From Syntrophorhabdaceae bacterium (GTDB lineage Bacteria; Desulfobacterota; Syntrophorhabdia; Syntrophorhabdales; Syntrophorhabdaceae), in contig OY762209.1 in NCBI GenBank assembly GCA_963665295.1, forward strand, positions 3,072,001-3,136,000: a stretch of DNA of 64,000 nucleotides, read 5' to 3'. A model generated the notes under the pieces. It saw only the letters and a program-made list of their open reading frames with translations. It ran no database searches and was not told the origin of the DNA. The translations under genes were made by a program, and so were the position numbers. Positions 48,678 through 58,650 of this stretch are shown here, piece by piece (position 1 is the stretch's first letter; each line of letters starts with the position of its first letter).

Positions 48678-49818
48678 GGATTTCAATAAGCGGATTGTTC
48701 TTGTAACGGGTGAGCTTTCCGGCGAAATTCACGCCTTTCATCTCGTCGAAACAATGAAAGAGCTTCTGACGGCTGAGTGGAGCGGAATAGGCTCACGCAA
48801 GCTCGCAGAGGCAGGGGTAAGGATAATCTATGATTATGGAAATATTTCCCTCACCGGGTTGAGCGAGATATTTACCAAGCTGAAATATATCCGGGAAGCC
48901 TATGAGAAGCTGAAGGCTCATCTGCGGGAAGAGAAACCGGCACTGATCATACTGGTGGATTTTCCGGGTTTCAACCTGAAAGTGGCACGTCTCGCGAAGA
49001 AATACGGCATACCGGTTGTTTATTTTATCCCCCCCCAGGTATGGGCGTGGAGGGAGTCAAGGGTTCAGAAGATAAAGAGGTTTGTGGACAAGGTCATATG
49101 CATACTACCCTTTGAAAAGGAACTTTATGACGGATACGGAGTCGATGCGACCTATGTCGGACATCCCTTCGCGGCGACCGTGAAACCTCAACTCACCCGT
49201 GACGAATTTCTTGCCATGGCAGGGGCGAAGGAGGGAGACAAGGTGGTCGCCATTATGCCGGGAAGCAGGGAAAACGAGGTAGTGAAACATATGCCCCTCC
49301 TTGCGGGCGTCGCGAAACGACTGAAGCAGCGGTTCGGGAACCTTAAGGTGGTGTTACCCCTCGCGGAGAGTATCGACGAGCAGATGGCCGGGAGATACGC
49401 TGAACCTGGTGTCTTTAGATTTTTGAAGGGGTTCTCCCATGATGCGCTGTCTTACTGTGACACGGCCATCATCGCTTCAGGAAGCGCCACGTTGGAGGCG
49501 GCCATCCTGGGTACTCCGACCATAGTCGTTTACAAAGTGTCACGGATATCCTATCTGATTGCAAAGGCCCTCGTGAAGATCGACTATATAAGTCTTCCCA
49601 ATATAATAATGGGAAAAGAGATTTTCCCGGAGTTTATTCAGCATATAAGTATTGAAGATGTTGCGGAAAAGGCAAGCTATATGTTAGAAAATGGAAGAAA
49701 AGGTTTTGAGAAAGAAATGGAAAACATGAAAAAGAAACTAGGCCCACACAATTCTTATCGCCTTGCGGGCGAATCCATCATCCGGCTCCTGGAGTGCAGA
49801 TATGGCACTATATCTTAG
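48655..49818 (+). CDS. lpxB: Lipid-A-disaccharide synthase
   Basis: GE.SG, DFPGFN, PQVWAWR, LPFE, YVGHP, PGSR..E, SGSATLE, SLPNI. Confidence 0.96.
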   Translation: MQRDLPPKDFNKRIVLVTGELSGEIHAFHLVETMKELLTAEWSGIGSRKLAEAGVRIIYDYGNISLTGLSEIFTKLKYIREAYEKLKAHLREEKPALIILVDFPGFNLKVARLAKKYGIPVVYFIPPQVWAWRESRVQKIKRFVDKVICILPFEKELYDGYGVDATYVGHPFAATVKPQLTRDEFLAMAGAKEGDKVVAIMPGSRENEVVKHMPLLAGVAKRLKQRFGNLKVVLPLAESIDEQMAGRYAEPGVFRFLKGFSHDALSYCDTAIIASGSATLEAAILGTPTIVVYKVSRISYLIAKALVKIDYISLPNIIMGKEIFPEFIQHISIEDVAEKASYMLENGRKGFEKEMENMKKKLGPHNSYRLAGESIIRLLECRYGTIS

Positions 49819-51565
49819 GCTTCTTGGTTTTCTGAAGCCCTACTGGGTGAAGCTTGCATTCGCCATGGTGTTCATGGCCCTCGTTGCCGGCACCAACGGT
49901 CTTACCGCATATATAGTGAAGCCGGTCCTCGACAAGATATTCTTTGAGAAGAATGCGAGCATGCTTTACCTTATACCCTTCGGCGTAATCACCCTTTACC
50001 TCTCCAAGGGGATCTTCACGTACCTCCAGGCTTATTTGATGGGATTTGTGGGACAGAAGGTTATCACCGACATCAGGAACCTCGTGTTTGACCGTCTCCA
50101 AAGACAACCGCTTTCTTTTTTCGATAAGACACCCACGGGAGTCAGTATTTCGCGGATCATGAACGACGTGACCCTTGTTCAGGGTAGCGTTTCGGAGGCA
50201 TTTACCGCAATCCTTATGGATGCCTTCAGTATTGTGGGCCTCATCTTCGTGGTATTCTACAGGGACTGGAAGCTTGCGACGATCGCTTTTATCGTCTTGC
50301 CTTTTGCGGTTTACCCCATCGTTTCTTTCGGGAAGAAACTTAGGAAGATAAGCACCAAGACTCAGAGGTCGATCGCGAAGCTGACGAATTTCCTCCATGA
50401 GACCATTACGGGGCAAAGAATCGTAAAAGCCTTCTCCATGGAAGACTACGAAAACGGGAGATTCGGAAGAGAGAACGAAGAACTGTTCCGGATCAACATG
50501 AAGAGATATAAGGTGAGAGCCTTGTCTCACCCCATAATGGAAGTGCTGGGCGGCATAGCCATGGCGGTGATCATCTGGTATGGCGGCAAAGAAGTCATAT
50601 ACGGACAGTCGACGCCGGGTAATTTTTTTTCATTCACCGCGGCGCTCTTGATGCTGTACGAGCCCATAAAGAGGCTTAACAAGGAGAATCACAATATCCA
50701 GCAGGGTCTCGCGGCAAGCCAGCGGGTGTTCGAAATCATCGACCGGGTACCGGAAATCGTGGAGAAAGAGAACGCCATTGAATTGGAAAGGGTCCAGGGC
50801 GTGATTGACTTGAAGCATATCTATTTCAAGTATGATGAGAAACTGGTCCTTAAGGACATGGATATTAAGGTGCGGAAAAACGAAGTCCTCGCGGTAGTCG
50901 GCAAGAGCGGCGTGGGCAAAACCACGTTTGCCAACCTCATACCCCGGTTCTACGAAGTGACCGAGGGATCCATAGAAATCGATGGCGTCGATATAAGAGA
51001 CGTGACCTTGAAATCATTGAGACAGAACATTGCCCTGGTAACACAGGACGTGATACTCTTCAATGATTCTATTAAGAACAATATCGCGTACGGAGGCGTC
51101 CACAACGAAGAGAAGATTCAGGAAGCGGCGAAAATGGCCTTTGCCCACGATTTCATTCTCAGGCAGCCCAAGGGATATGATACACTGGTCGGGGAAAAGG
51201 GGATACGGCTGTCGGGGGGACAGAAGCAGAGAATAGCCATAGCAAGGGCGTTGTTCAAGGATGCCCCCATCCTTATTCTCGATGAGGCGACGAGCGCTCT
51301 TGATACGGCGTCCGAAATGGAAGTCCAGAAGGCCTTGGAAAACCTTATGAAGGGGAGGACCACGATCATCATTGCCCACCGGCTTTCCACGGTGATGAAT
51401 GCGGACAGGATAATAGTTCTTGACGGTGGGACAATAGTGCAGCAGGGCTCGCACAATGATCTGATATTGGAGGACGGCCCCTACAAGAAGCTCTACGAAG
51501 TGCAGTTCCGGGAAATCCCCGAGAAGAAAGTCATTAAAATAGGTAAGAGGACACAAGGTGTTTAA
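49802..51565 (+). CDS. msbA: Lipid A ABC exporter MsbA
   Basis: TM domain plus ABC domain (GKSGVGKT, LSGGQKQR, DEATS); lipid A operon context. Confidence 0.9.
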   Translation: MALYLRLLGFLKPYWVKLAFAMVFMALVAGTNGLTAYIVKPVLDKIFFEKNASMLYLIPFGVITLYLSKGIFTYLQAYLMGFVGQKVITDIRNLVFDRLQRQPLSFFDKTPTGVSISRIMNDVTLVQGSVSEAFTAILMDAFSIVGLIFVVFYRDWKLATIAFIVLPFAVYPIVSFGKKLRKISTKTQRSIAKLTNFLHETITGQRIVKAFSMEDYENGRFGRENEELFRINMKRYKVRALSHPIMEVLGGIAMAVIIWYGGKEVIYGQSTPGNFFSFTAALLMLYEPIKRLNKENHNIQQGLAASQRVFEIIDRVPEIVEKENAIELERVQGVIDLKHIYFKYDEKLVLKDMDIKVRKNEVLAVVGKSGVGKTTFANLIPRFYEVTEGSIEIDGVDIRDVTLKSLRQNIALVTQDVILFNDSIKNNIAYGGVHNEEKIQEAAKMAFAHDFILRQPKGYDTLVGEKGIRLSGGQKQRIAIARALFKDAPILILDEATSALDTASEMEVQKALENLMKGRTTIIIAHRLSTVMNADRIIVLDGGTIVQQGSHNDLILEDGPYKKLYEVQFREIPEKKVIKIGKRTQGV

Positions 51566-52222
51566 AGAACTCAAGTATGCAGTGATGTTGAACGTGTTGC
51601 CGCCGCTGATCTACCTGTTCCTTCTTTTTCTCAAGGCGACTTCAAGGGTGCAGACCGTGTATAGCAGTGCATTTCAAACCATGTGGGAAAGGGGCGAAAA
51701 TGTAATTGTCTGTTTCTGGCATGGACGACTCCTCATGATGCCTTTCGCGAATCGGAGGGGAAAGGGCAAGGTCCTTATCAGTCGGCACAGGGATGGAGAA
51801 TTTATCACCAGGGTCATGGGATATTTCAAACTTGGCGCCATAAGGGGTTCTTACAGAAAAGGAACCGTTTCTTCTCTGAGGGAAATCATTCATGATTTGA
51901 GAGATGGCTTTGACGTGGCGATAACTCCCGACGGTCCTAAGGGTCCGAGGTTCGAGGTAAAGAAAGGCATCATGGAACTTGCGAAGCTCACCGGAAAGCC
52001 TGTAGTGCCCCTTACCTACGGGGCTGCTAAAAAAAAACTTTCAATTCCTGGGATAGGTTTGTCGTCCCCCGTCCATTTTCAAGGATACTGATACTCTGGG
52101 GTGAACCCATTTATGTGAGAAGGGATGAGACCCCTGAGGGTGTTGAGGCCAAAAGGATCGAACTCCAGGAGAGTCTCATGGCCTTAACCGAAAAAGCAGA
52201 CAAAATGGCATGTGGAAAATAA
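51558..52222 (+). CDS. DUF374 / LpxJ-like lipid A acyltransferase split by a -1 frameshift at an A9 run (52029-52037)
   Basis: Frame 0: FWHGR, IS.HRDGE, RGS, TPDGPKGP, stop at 52091; -1 frame continues TFNSWDRFVVPRPFSRILILWGEPIYV...MACGK* to 52222, restoring the family C-terminal motif and overlapping the waaA start. Confidence 0.85.
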
Positions 52223-53457
52223 TATATAATCTCCTGATCCATCTCCTCCTTCCCTTCTTTATCCTCTTCTCCTTTACCAGACCGAAGATACGGAAGTCAC
52301 TCAGGGAAAGACTCTTTCCGGACAAGCTGCGGGCGGGCATTTCGGGCATATACTGGATACATGCGGCCTCTGTGGGGGAGGGCGTGATCGCCGAAAACCT
52401 GGTCAATTATATGAGCGGCGAGGGGGACGGGGAGAAATTCCTCATCACTACCAACACCTACTATACCCGGGACCTTCTCCGGGTGAGATTCGGGGACCGT
52501 GCCCATGTATGTTCCCTGCCTTTCGATATCCCCTTCTCCATAAGCCGGTTTATGGGTAAGGCGGTCTTTAAGGCCCTGATTATCATCGAAACTGAGATAT
52601 GGCCGAACCTGATCTGGTCTGTGAGGAAAAGGGGCACGCCCATCATTATTGTGAATGGGAGGATATCGGACCGCACGGTGAAGCAGTACAAGAGGTTCTC
52701 GTTCTTTATGAGGCGCGTGCTTTCGGGAGTCGATCTCGTCCTTGCCCAGTCGGAAGAACACAAAGGAAGATACGTGTCCATAGGGATGGAGCCGGAACGG
52801 GTAATCGACGCAGGGAATATGAAGTATTACAGGGAGATAAAAGAAGGGACGGCGGGTATGGCCAAGGCCGCGGTGATCACTTTCGGGAGCGTGAAGGAAA
52901 AGGAAGTCGACATCATTGCTCCTGTCATAAGAAGATTGAAAGAGACCTTTCCTGATTATCTCATTTTTATTGCTCCAAGGGAGTTACACCTCATTGCGTC
53001 CCTTGAAGAGCAGTTTGCGGAATCCTTCGATGTCATGCGGTTTTCGGTCTACAAGGGGCTCCCCGACGCGAATCCTGCCATCGTGATCGTGGACACTGTG
53101 GGCGACCTTCTGGGTATCTACGCGAAAAGCGCGGTTGCTTTTGTCGGCGGGAGCCTTGCGCCGTACGGGGGCCAGAACATGCTGGAACCCCTGTTCTTCG
53201 GAACGCCGGTGATCTTCGGTCCTCACGTGGAGAACTTCGCTGAAATTGCGGCCAGGATCGTGGAATGCAAAGCGGGGATCATGGTCGCGAAGGGAGAGGA
53301 ACTTTTCGACGCAATGAGGGAAATCCTCTCCAACGAGGCGTTAAGGAGAAGCATGGGAGAAGAAGGCAGGAACATTGTCGTGAAACAGCGCCAGGTCATG
53401 GACAAGGTCGTGGGGGCCATCAAGGAGACGGTATGGAAGAATTCACGAAACTCGTGA
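52210..53457 (+). CDS. waaA: Kdo transferase
   Basis: WIHAASVGE, LPFD, ETEIWPN, NGRIS, GN.KY, APR, DT.GDL, FVGGSL...GGQN.LEP. Confidence 0.95.
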   Translation: MWKIIYNLLIHLLLPFFILFSFTRPKIRKSLRERLFPDKLRAGISGIYWIHAASVGEGVIAENLVNYMSGEGDGEKFLITTNTYYTRDLLRVRFGDRAHVCSLPFDIPFSISRFMGKAVFKALIIIETEIWPNLIWSVRKRGTPIIIVNGRISDRTVKQYKRFSFFMRRVLSGVDLVLAQSEEHKGRYVSIGMEPERVIDAGNMKYYREIKEGTAGMAKAAVITFGSVKEKEVDIIAPVIRRLKETFPDYLIFIAPRELHLIASLEEQFAESFDVMRFSVYKGLPDANPAIVIVDTVGDLLGIYAKSAVAFVGGSLAPYGGQNMLEPLFFGTPVIFGPHVENFAEIAARIVECKAGIMVAKGEELFDAMREILSNEALRRSMGEEGRNIVVKQRQVMDKVVGAIKETVWKNSRNS

Positions 53458-54188
53458 AACTGCTGGAATCCCTGAGAGGAGAGAAGGGGTGTCCCTGGGA
53501 CCGGAAGCAAACGGTAAAGGAATTTAAGACATATCTCCTCGAAGAGGTGTATGAGCTAATCGACGCCATTGAGCAGGAAGACTATAAAGCCTTACAGGAG
53601 GAGCTTGGCGATCTGCTGTTTCACATAGTCTTCATAGCCCGGATATGCGAGGAGCGGGGCGCCTTCAATATAAAGGACGTAATCTCCGCCACCTACGAGA
53701 AGATGTACAACCGCCACCCTCACGTGTTCAAGGATGTGGCCGATGATGCGCCGATCGAGAAGAGATGGGAGGAGTTGAAAAGAGAGGAGAAGGAGAACTA
53801 CTCACTTTTACGCGACATCCCGAGGATGATGCCGGCCCTGCTCAGGGCTTATGTAATCTCAAAGAGAGCCTCGAAAGTGGGGTTTGACTGGCCTGCCCTT
53901 GAGGATATTCATGAAAAGATGTCGGAGGAAATTGAAGAGTTGAGAAACGCGGAACGCTCCGGTTCAGCCGGGGCGGTGAGGGAAGAGATAGGCGACGTGC
54001 TCTTCACGGCAGTGAATATTGCAAGGTTTCAAGGGGTTGACCCGGAAGACGCGCTAAGGTTCACCTGTGACAAGTTTGTAAGAAGATTCACTTATATAGA
54101 GGAAAAGATAGACCTCGATAGCGCTTCCCCTGCGATGATGGATGATTTGTGGAACGAGGCTAAGGATATTGAAAAAGGGAGGGAATGA
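53433..54188 (+). CDS. mazG: Nucleoside triphosphate pyrophosphohydrolase MazG
   Basis: GCPWD.KQT, EE.YE, EELGDLL, RHPHVF, GFDW, EEIGD.LF; AAGGAG RBS. Confidence 0.95.
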   Translation: MEEFTKLVKLLESLRGEKGCPWDRKQTVKEFKTYLLEEVYELIDAIEQEDYKALQEELGDLLFHIVFIARICEERGAFNIKDVISATYEKMYNRHPHVFKDVADDAPIEKRWEELKREEKENYSLLRDIPRMMPALLRAYVISKRASKVGFDWPALEDIHEKMSEEIEELRNAERSGSAGAVREEIGDVLFTAVNIARFQGVDPEDALRFTCDKFVRRFTYIEEKIDLDSASPAMMDDLWNEAKDIEKGRE

Positions 54189-54203
54189 CCCTCCCTTTGT
54201 TTT
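54172..54203. terminator. Bidirectional intrinsic terminator between mazG and csp
   Basis: AAAGGGAGGG-AATGA-CCCTCCCTTT hairpin with A-run upstream and T-rich tail downstream, between convergent genes. Confidence 0.75.
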
Positions 54204-54405
54204 ACTCAGCCTTTACAACATTGGCGGCTTGTGGACCTTTCGGGCCCTTCACTATTTCAAATTCTACACGTTCACCTGTCTTCAGTGTTTTAAAGCCGTT
54301 CTGTTTAATTGCGGAAAAATGTACGAAAACGTCCTCCCCGTTATCCTGCTCGATAAAGCCATACCCCTTCGAATCGTTAAACCATTTAACCTTACCTACT
54401 GGCAT
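54202..54405 (-). CDS. Cold-shock protein
   Basis: [29 protein letters not shown]. Confidence 0.97.
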   Translation of the reverse strand: MPVGKVKWFNDSKGYGFIEQDNGEDVFVHFSAIKQNGFKTLKTGERVEFEIVKGPKGPQAANVVKAE

Positions 54406-54718
54406 ACTACTAAACTCCTTTCATTGTTTGGTATTAAAGCAGTCATGCTTTAAAGTAATCATATTCTCATTGCAAAAGATGTGTCAAGCGAAATCTTGAC
54501 AAATGGAAAATTATTTTTTGGCCTCTATTTGCGGCCCCCGGGACCCTCTGAGCTGCAGTTTTGTTGTATACAGTCCCGGGTATTCCGAAAGTCCCGGGAC
54601 CGCAAAATGTGAGTCCCTGATGGAATTATCATTTGAATGGGAGAGGGTTCCCACGTATAATGTGACTACGGCGCTCCGGCGCCCTTACGAAAAATATCTT
54701 TGACGGGAATGGACGATC

Positions 54719-56212
54719 ATGGGGAAAGTATATCTGGTTGGAGCGGGTCCGGGCGACCCCGGGCTCATCACGGTAAGAGGGCTGGAACTGATCGGCCTGG
54801 CTGACGTGATTGTATACGATTATCTGGCGAATACGGGGCTACTCGGTTTTGCGCGCAAGGACGCGGAACTGATCTACGTGGGTAAACAGGCATCCCTCCA
54901 CGCCATGCCTCAGCATGAGATAAACGGACTGCTTGTGAAAAAAGCAGCAGAAAGGGACTCTGTGGTGCGTCTGAAGGGGGGAGACCCCTACATCTTCGGC
55001 AGGGGCGGGGAGGAGGCTGTTTTCCTTGCGGACCTGGGAGTGGACTTCGAGGTGGTCCCGGGGGTAACCTCCGCGATAGCTGTTCCCGCCTATGCGGGGA
55101 TCCCCCTCACCTACCGCGGATACGCATCGACAGTGGCCTTCGTCACCGGGCACGAGGATGAGGGAAAAGCAGCTTCAGCCATCAAGTGGCGGGAACTGGC
55201 GCGCGGGGTGGATACGCTCGTCTTTTTGATGGGAATGAGACAGTTGGGCGAGATTAAGAACAGGCTCATTGAGGAGGGACGTGATCCTGATACGGACGCG
55301 TGCGTGGTCCAATGGGGCACCCTTGCGCGACAAAAGGTTGTAACGGGCCCTCTCAAGGATATCGACGGTCTCACCAAGAGGGCGGGTATCAAGCCACCCG
55401 GGATTCTCATTGTGGGGAGTGTTGTGGCTTTGAGAGATAAACTGAAATGGTTTGAGGAGAGGCCGCTTTTCGGAAAGAAGATTGCTGTTACCCGTGCCCC
55501 CCACCAATCCCTGAAGCTGGGAAAATTGCTGTCGGAAAAAGGCGCCGAGGTCCTCTACATGCCGACCATAGATATCGTCCCCATTGAACCGAATACGCGG
55601 CTGGGAGAAGCGGTTGCGAGGATAGGGGAATATTTCTGTATAATTTTTACGAGCGTAAACGGCGCGGCCATATTTTTCGAATACCTCTTTGCTGCGGGAA
55701 AGGACGCGAGGGCCCTCGGCGGTGTGAGGGTGCTCCCCATAGGGGCCGGGACCGCCGCATTCCTGAGATCAAAAGGGATAGTCCCTGATTTCGTGCCCGA
55801 AACCTTCATCTCGGAAGGGATTATTAAAGTACTTGAAACGATGGACCTCGATGGCCGGAGGTTCCTCATACCGAGAGCTGAGACGGCCCGGGACGTGGTG
55901 CCCGAGTACATACACAGCCGTCACGGTTTGTGCGATGTCATCCCCGTGTACAGGACCACGTTACCTCAAGCCCCCTCTGTCCCGGAAGAGACGCCCGATA
56001 TTATAACCTTCACGAGTTCCTCAACGGTGGAGAACTTTATTGCCCTCTACGGGGAGGGGATGCTCGACAAGACGTTGGTCGCCTCCATCGGGCCGGTTAC
56101 CACTGAAACATTGAACCGGCATCACGTCAAGGTCGATATCACCGCGTCGCGATATGACATTGACGGACTGGTAGACGCTATCGTGAAAAGCGAGGGAAAG
56201 GCGAAGGACTGA
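54719..56212 (+). CDS. cobA: Fused uroporphyrinogen-III C-methyltransferase / synthase (CobA-HemD)
   Basis: VGAGPGDPGL, RLKGGDP.IFGRGGEE, PGVTS; C-terminal HemD (VTR, FTS.N, FTSSSTV, IGPVT). Confidence 0.94.
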   Translation: MGKVYLVGAGPGDPGLITVRGLELIGLADVIVYDYLANTGLLGFARKDAELIYVGKQASLHAMPQHEINGLLVKKAAERDSVVRLKGGDPYIFGRGGEEAVFLADLGVDFEVVPGVTSAIAVPAYAGIPLTYRGYASTVAFVTGHEDEGKAASAIKWRELARGVDTLVFLMGMRQLGEIKNRLIEEGRDPDTDACVVQWGTLARQKVVTGPLKDIDGLTKRAGIKPPGILIVGSVVALRDKLKWFEERPLFGKKIAVTRAPHQSLKLGKLLSEKGAEVLYMPTIDIVPIEPNTRLGEAVARIGEYFCIIFTSVNGAAIFFEYLFAAGKDARALGGVRVLPIGAGTAAFLRSKGIVPDFVPETFISEGIIKVLETMDLDGRRFLIPRAETARDVVPEYIHSRHGLCDVIPVYRTTLPQAPSVPEETPDIITFTSSSTVENFIALYGEGMLDKTLVASIGPVTTETLNRHHVKVDITASRYDIDGLVDAIVKSEGKAKD

Positions 56213-56322
56213 GGTACGGAAGTCCTTCATTTCGCCGGTCACAACTCGTTTACAGGCTCAGAAATAAGCCGGAGTGCCGATGCTTGTAAGATTCAGTGGT
56301 AAGACAGCGGGCGAGATTGCCC

Positions 56323-56478
56323 TTAGGCCTTAATGTCTTTGACTTTCCTCTTTATAATCTTCCCCTTTTCCTTGGGAAAATCCGCTTTCAGGTATACGGT
56401 CTTCGGAAATACACTCGCTACTACGCCTTCCATCTCTTTCTTTGCAAAAGGGAATTTAACTCTGTCTCCTACCTTCAT
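56323..56478 (-). CDS. Small basic protein (51 aa), putative SH3/KOW-like beta-barrel; absent from the ORF track
   Basis: Manual translation MKVGDRVKFPFAKKEMEGVVASVFPKTVYLKADFPKEKGKIIKRKVKDIKA; ATG directly after the FmdB stop (GGAGGA-TAA-ATG). Confidence 0.75.
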   Translation of the reverse strand: MKVGDRVKFPFAKKEMEGVVASVFPKTVYLKADFPKEKGKIIKRKVKDIKA

Positions 56479-56793
56479 TTATCCTCCAGTCTGTCCCGCG
56501 CTCGTGGTGTCGGATTTGGTCTCCGTTGCGGCGGCGGTCGTTGTCTCTGTTGTCGTCCCGGTATTGGAATCTTCCTTTTTTTCTTTGAACTTGCTGCCGC
56601 TGCCCGTATCTACGGGTTTCTTGTAATCTGTCACATACCAGCCCGTACCCTTCAGATGAAAGGAACACTGGGAAATCAGTTTATTGAGTGCGCCCCCGCA
56701 AACGCGGCATTTCGTCAAAGGCTCGTCCAGCATCTTCTGAAATATTTCGAATGTCTTCTTGCAGTTCGTACATTCGTATTCGTAAATAGGCAT
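56479..56793 (-). CDS. FmdB-family zinc-ribbon protein
   Basis: [11 protein letters not shown]...C.VCGG...[10 protein letters not shown]; low-complexity T/S/K tail. Confidence 0.9.
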   Translation of the reverse strand: MPIYEYECTNCKKTFEIFQKMLDEPLTKCRVCGGALNKLISQCSFHLKGTGWYVTDYKKPVDTGSGSKFKEKKEDSNTGTTTETTTAAATETKSDTTSAGQTGG

Positions 56794-56891
56794 ACCACTA
56801 CCTCCCGAAAAGTACATCTGCTATAATATAATCTCAATGAAGGAGTTTAGTCAAGTTTATCAGAGCGCGAAACGGCCGAAGTCCCCGGTTC

Positions 56892-58640
56892 TCAATCCGA
56901 TCCCGCGGGAAGAAGAAACTTACGCGCATAGCGGCGTACCATGCTCAACCAGTCCTTCATCTTTCTTGCGCCGGCCATAATCTTGAGGCAAAACGCGGGG
57001 ATTGACCGGTTCAACAGGCGCAGGTCGATAATGGCCCGCACGGGGAAAGGGCTGACTTTACTGATGATCGCATAAGACCTCGATTCAAGGTCGACAAACT
57101 CGCGAAAATCGCGGTCAACAAGCTGAACGCCCATGGAGGCGGCTATTCTCCTGATGGAAGACTTCATGTTCTTCTTTCTCAGGACGGGATGCAGATTCGG
57201 CATATAAGAGACGTCATTGAGGAAGCAATAGATTGCCCTTATTATTACCACATTCATACTGATCTTCCGGTACCATTCCCATTCCTGGTCGATAAAAGTG
57301 CAGTCATCGTTCCGGAGGTAGCAGTTCTTCCAGATGCAATCCATATACCTGCCGTCTATGGTTGTTCTGTCATCCTCGGTTACCGAAAAAGATTCCAGTT
57401 TTCGTGCCCACGCCTTGCAGGGAGCGAACAGTTCATCGATGGTCACGTTCTTCTCCTGTGCCCGTCGGGTGATCAGCGTCTGGAGGGACAGTCCTGGTTG
57501 CCACTCGCAGGTTGAGGGCTGCAATTTGAGCATCGGCGATATGTCCTTCGCCTTTGCTGAGACCGCCTTGTGGGACCATATGGTCCCGTCCTCGTGTTCG
57601 ATGAACCGCGTAATGGTCTGAAACCCCTCCTGCCGGTTCTTGCTGTACAGGATACCGAGCGCCTGGGGTCTGATCGAATCTCCCCTGTCCCCCGCAACGA
57701 CCAGAAAGGAATTCGAGAAGAAGGGAAGTTGGTTGTTCCTGTCAAGTTGGAGGCAGGCAAGCCTTTCATCGAACAAGGGCTTACCATGGACAAGGTGGTC
57801 ACGGAAATGATAGTTTGCCACAAGCTCACCGGCTCTGACCTTGCCAAGGAATTCCTCCGACAGCACGCAAGACGGGATCTTGTAGTCCGGGTAAGGAAAA
57901 TAGAAATCGATATGGCGAAAATACTTATTCATATAGGTGCGAAGCTCATCATATCCAAAAGTCCTGAACCTCTTCCCGTGCCTGGGATAGCCTTCTATCC
58001 CGTCGAACATGACGTTCGTGTGGTCTTCCTTCGACGATGAAAAATACTTCAGGCCGAACTGATTTTCGATCGCGAGGACGAGGTGTCCGTCAGGGTTCAG
58101 CATTTCCCTGAAGTATCCCAGAACAGTGTCATAGGGGTCAGGACTGTCGACAAAGCCGCCCGAGTACTCAAATACACCTATACAGAAGATTATATCGAAC
58201 CGTTCTTTGAATCTGATCTCCTGAAAGGGTGCGCAAAGAATGGTGACATTGTCCATGTCTCTCGTGCGCAGTCGCGCGGCCCTCGCCCGCGCCATGCTGC
58301 CTTCAATGGAAATAACATCGTCGAAGGCCTCCCCGAGGAACCGGGTAATTGCACCACAGCCGCATCCCACCTCCAACACCTTCTTGGACCTGTCGAAGTC
58401 AAATCCCCGCAACAACTGGGAACGTTTTCTCGAAAGATGGTACTCACTCGGCCAATCCTTGATCCATCGTTCGAGTTCGTAGGAATTTGAACTCAGGTCC
58501 TTTGCCCGAGAAAATACTCTCCAGAGATACCTTTCGGATCCGTCGGAATAATCAAAAGGCTTTTTGTCCGGAAGGACCCACACGGAGTCTTTGCTGAGTT
58601 CCATCTTTTGTTCAATCCTGCTTTCGAAGTTTGTATGCAT
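56892..58640 (-). CDS. Class I SAM methyltransferase with C-terminal kinase-like region (glycan modification)
   Basis: VLEVGCGCG, IGVFEY, AIENQFGLKYF; C-terminal DCIWKN...FIDQEW; ORF could start at 58661. Confidence 0.75.
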   Translation of the reverse strand: MHTNFESRIEQKMELSKDSVWVLPDKKPFDYSDGSERYLWRVFSRAKDLSSNSYELERWIKDWPSEYHLSRKRSQLLRGFDFDRSKKVLEVGCGCGAITRFLGEAFDDVISIEGSMARARAARLRTRDMDNVTILCAPFQEIRFKERFDIIFCIGVFEYSGGFVDSPDPYDTVLGYFREMLNPDGHLVLAIENQFGLKYFSSSKEDHTNVMFDGIEGYPRHGKRFRTFGYDELRTYMNKYFRHIDFYFPYPDYKIPSCVLSEEFLGKVRAGELVANYHFRDHLVHGKPLFDERLACLQLDRNNQLPFFSNSFLVVAGDRGDSIRPQALGILYSKNRQEGFQTITRFIEHEDGTIWSHKAVSAKAKDISPMLKLQPSTCEWQPGLSLQTLITRRAQEKNVTIDELFAPCKAWARKLESFSVTEDDRTTIDGRYMDCIWKNCYLRNDDCTFIDQEWEWYRKISMNVVIIRAIYCFLNDVSYMPNLHPVLRKKNMKSSIRRIAASMGVQLVDRDFREFVDLESRSYAIISKVSPFPVRAIIDLRLLNRSIPAFCLKIMAGARKMKDWLSMVRRYARKFLLPAGSD

Positions 58641-58650
58641 GGTCCGTCCT

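Noticed and set aside
54503..54703. 66-aa ORF and GTCCCGGG/CCCGGGAC inverted repeat between csp and cobA
   Set aside because: No motif or clear RBS; the repeat is a single short hairpin without other copies seen, most likely promoter/UTR sequence.
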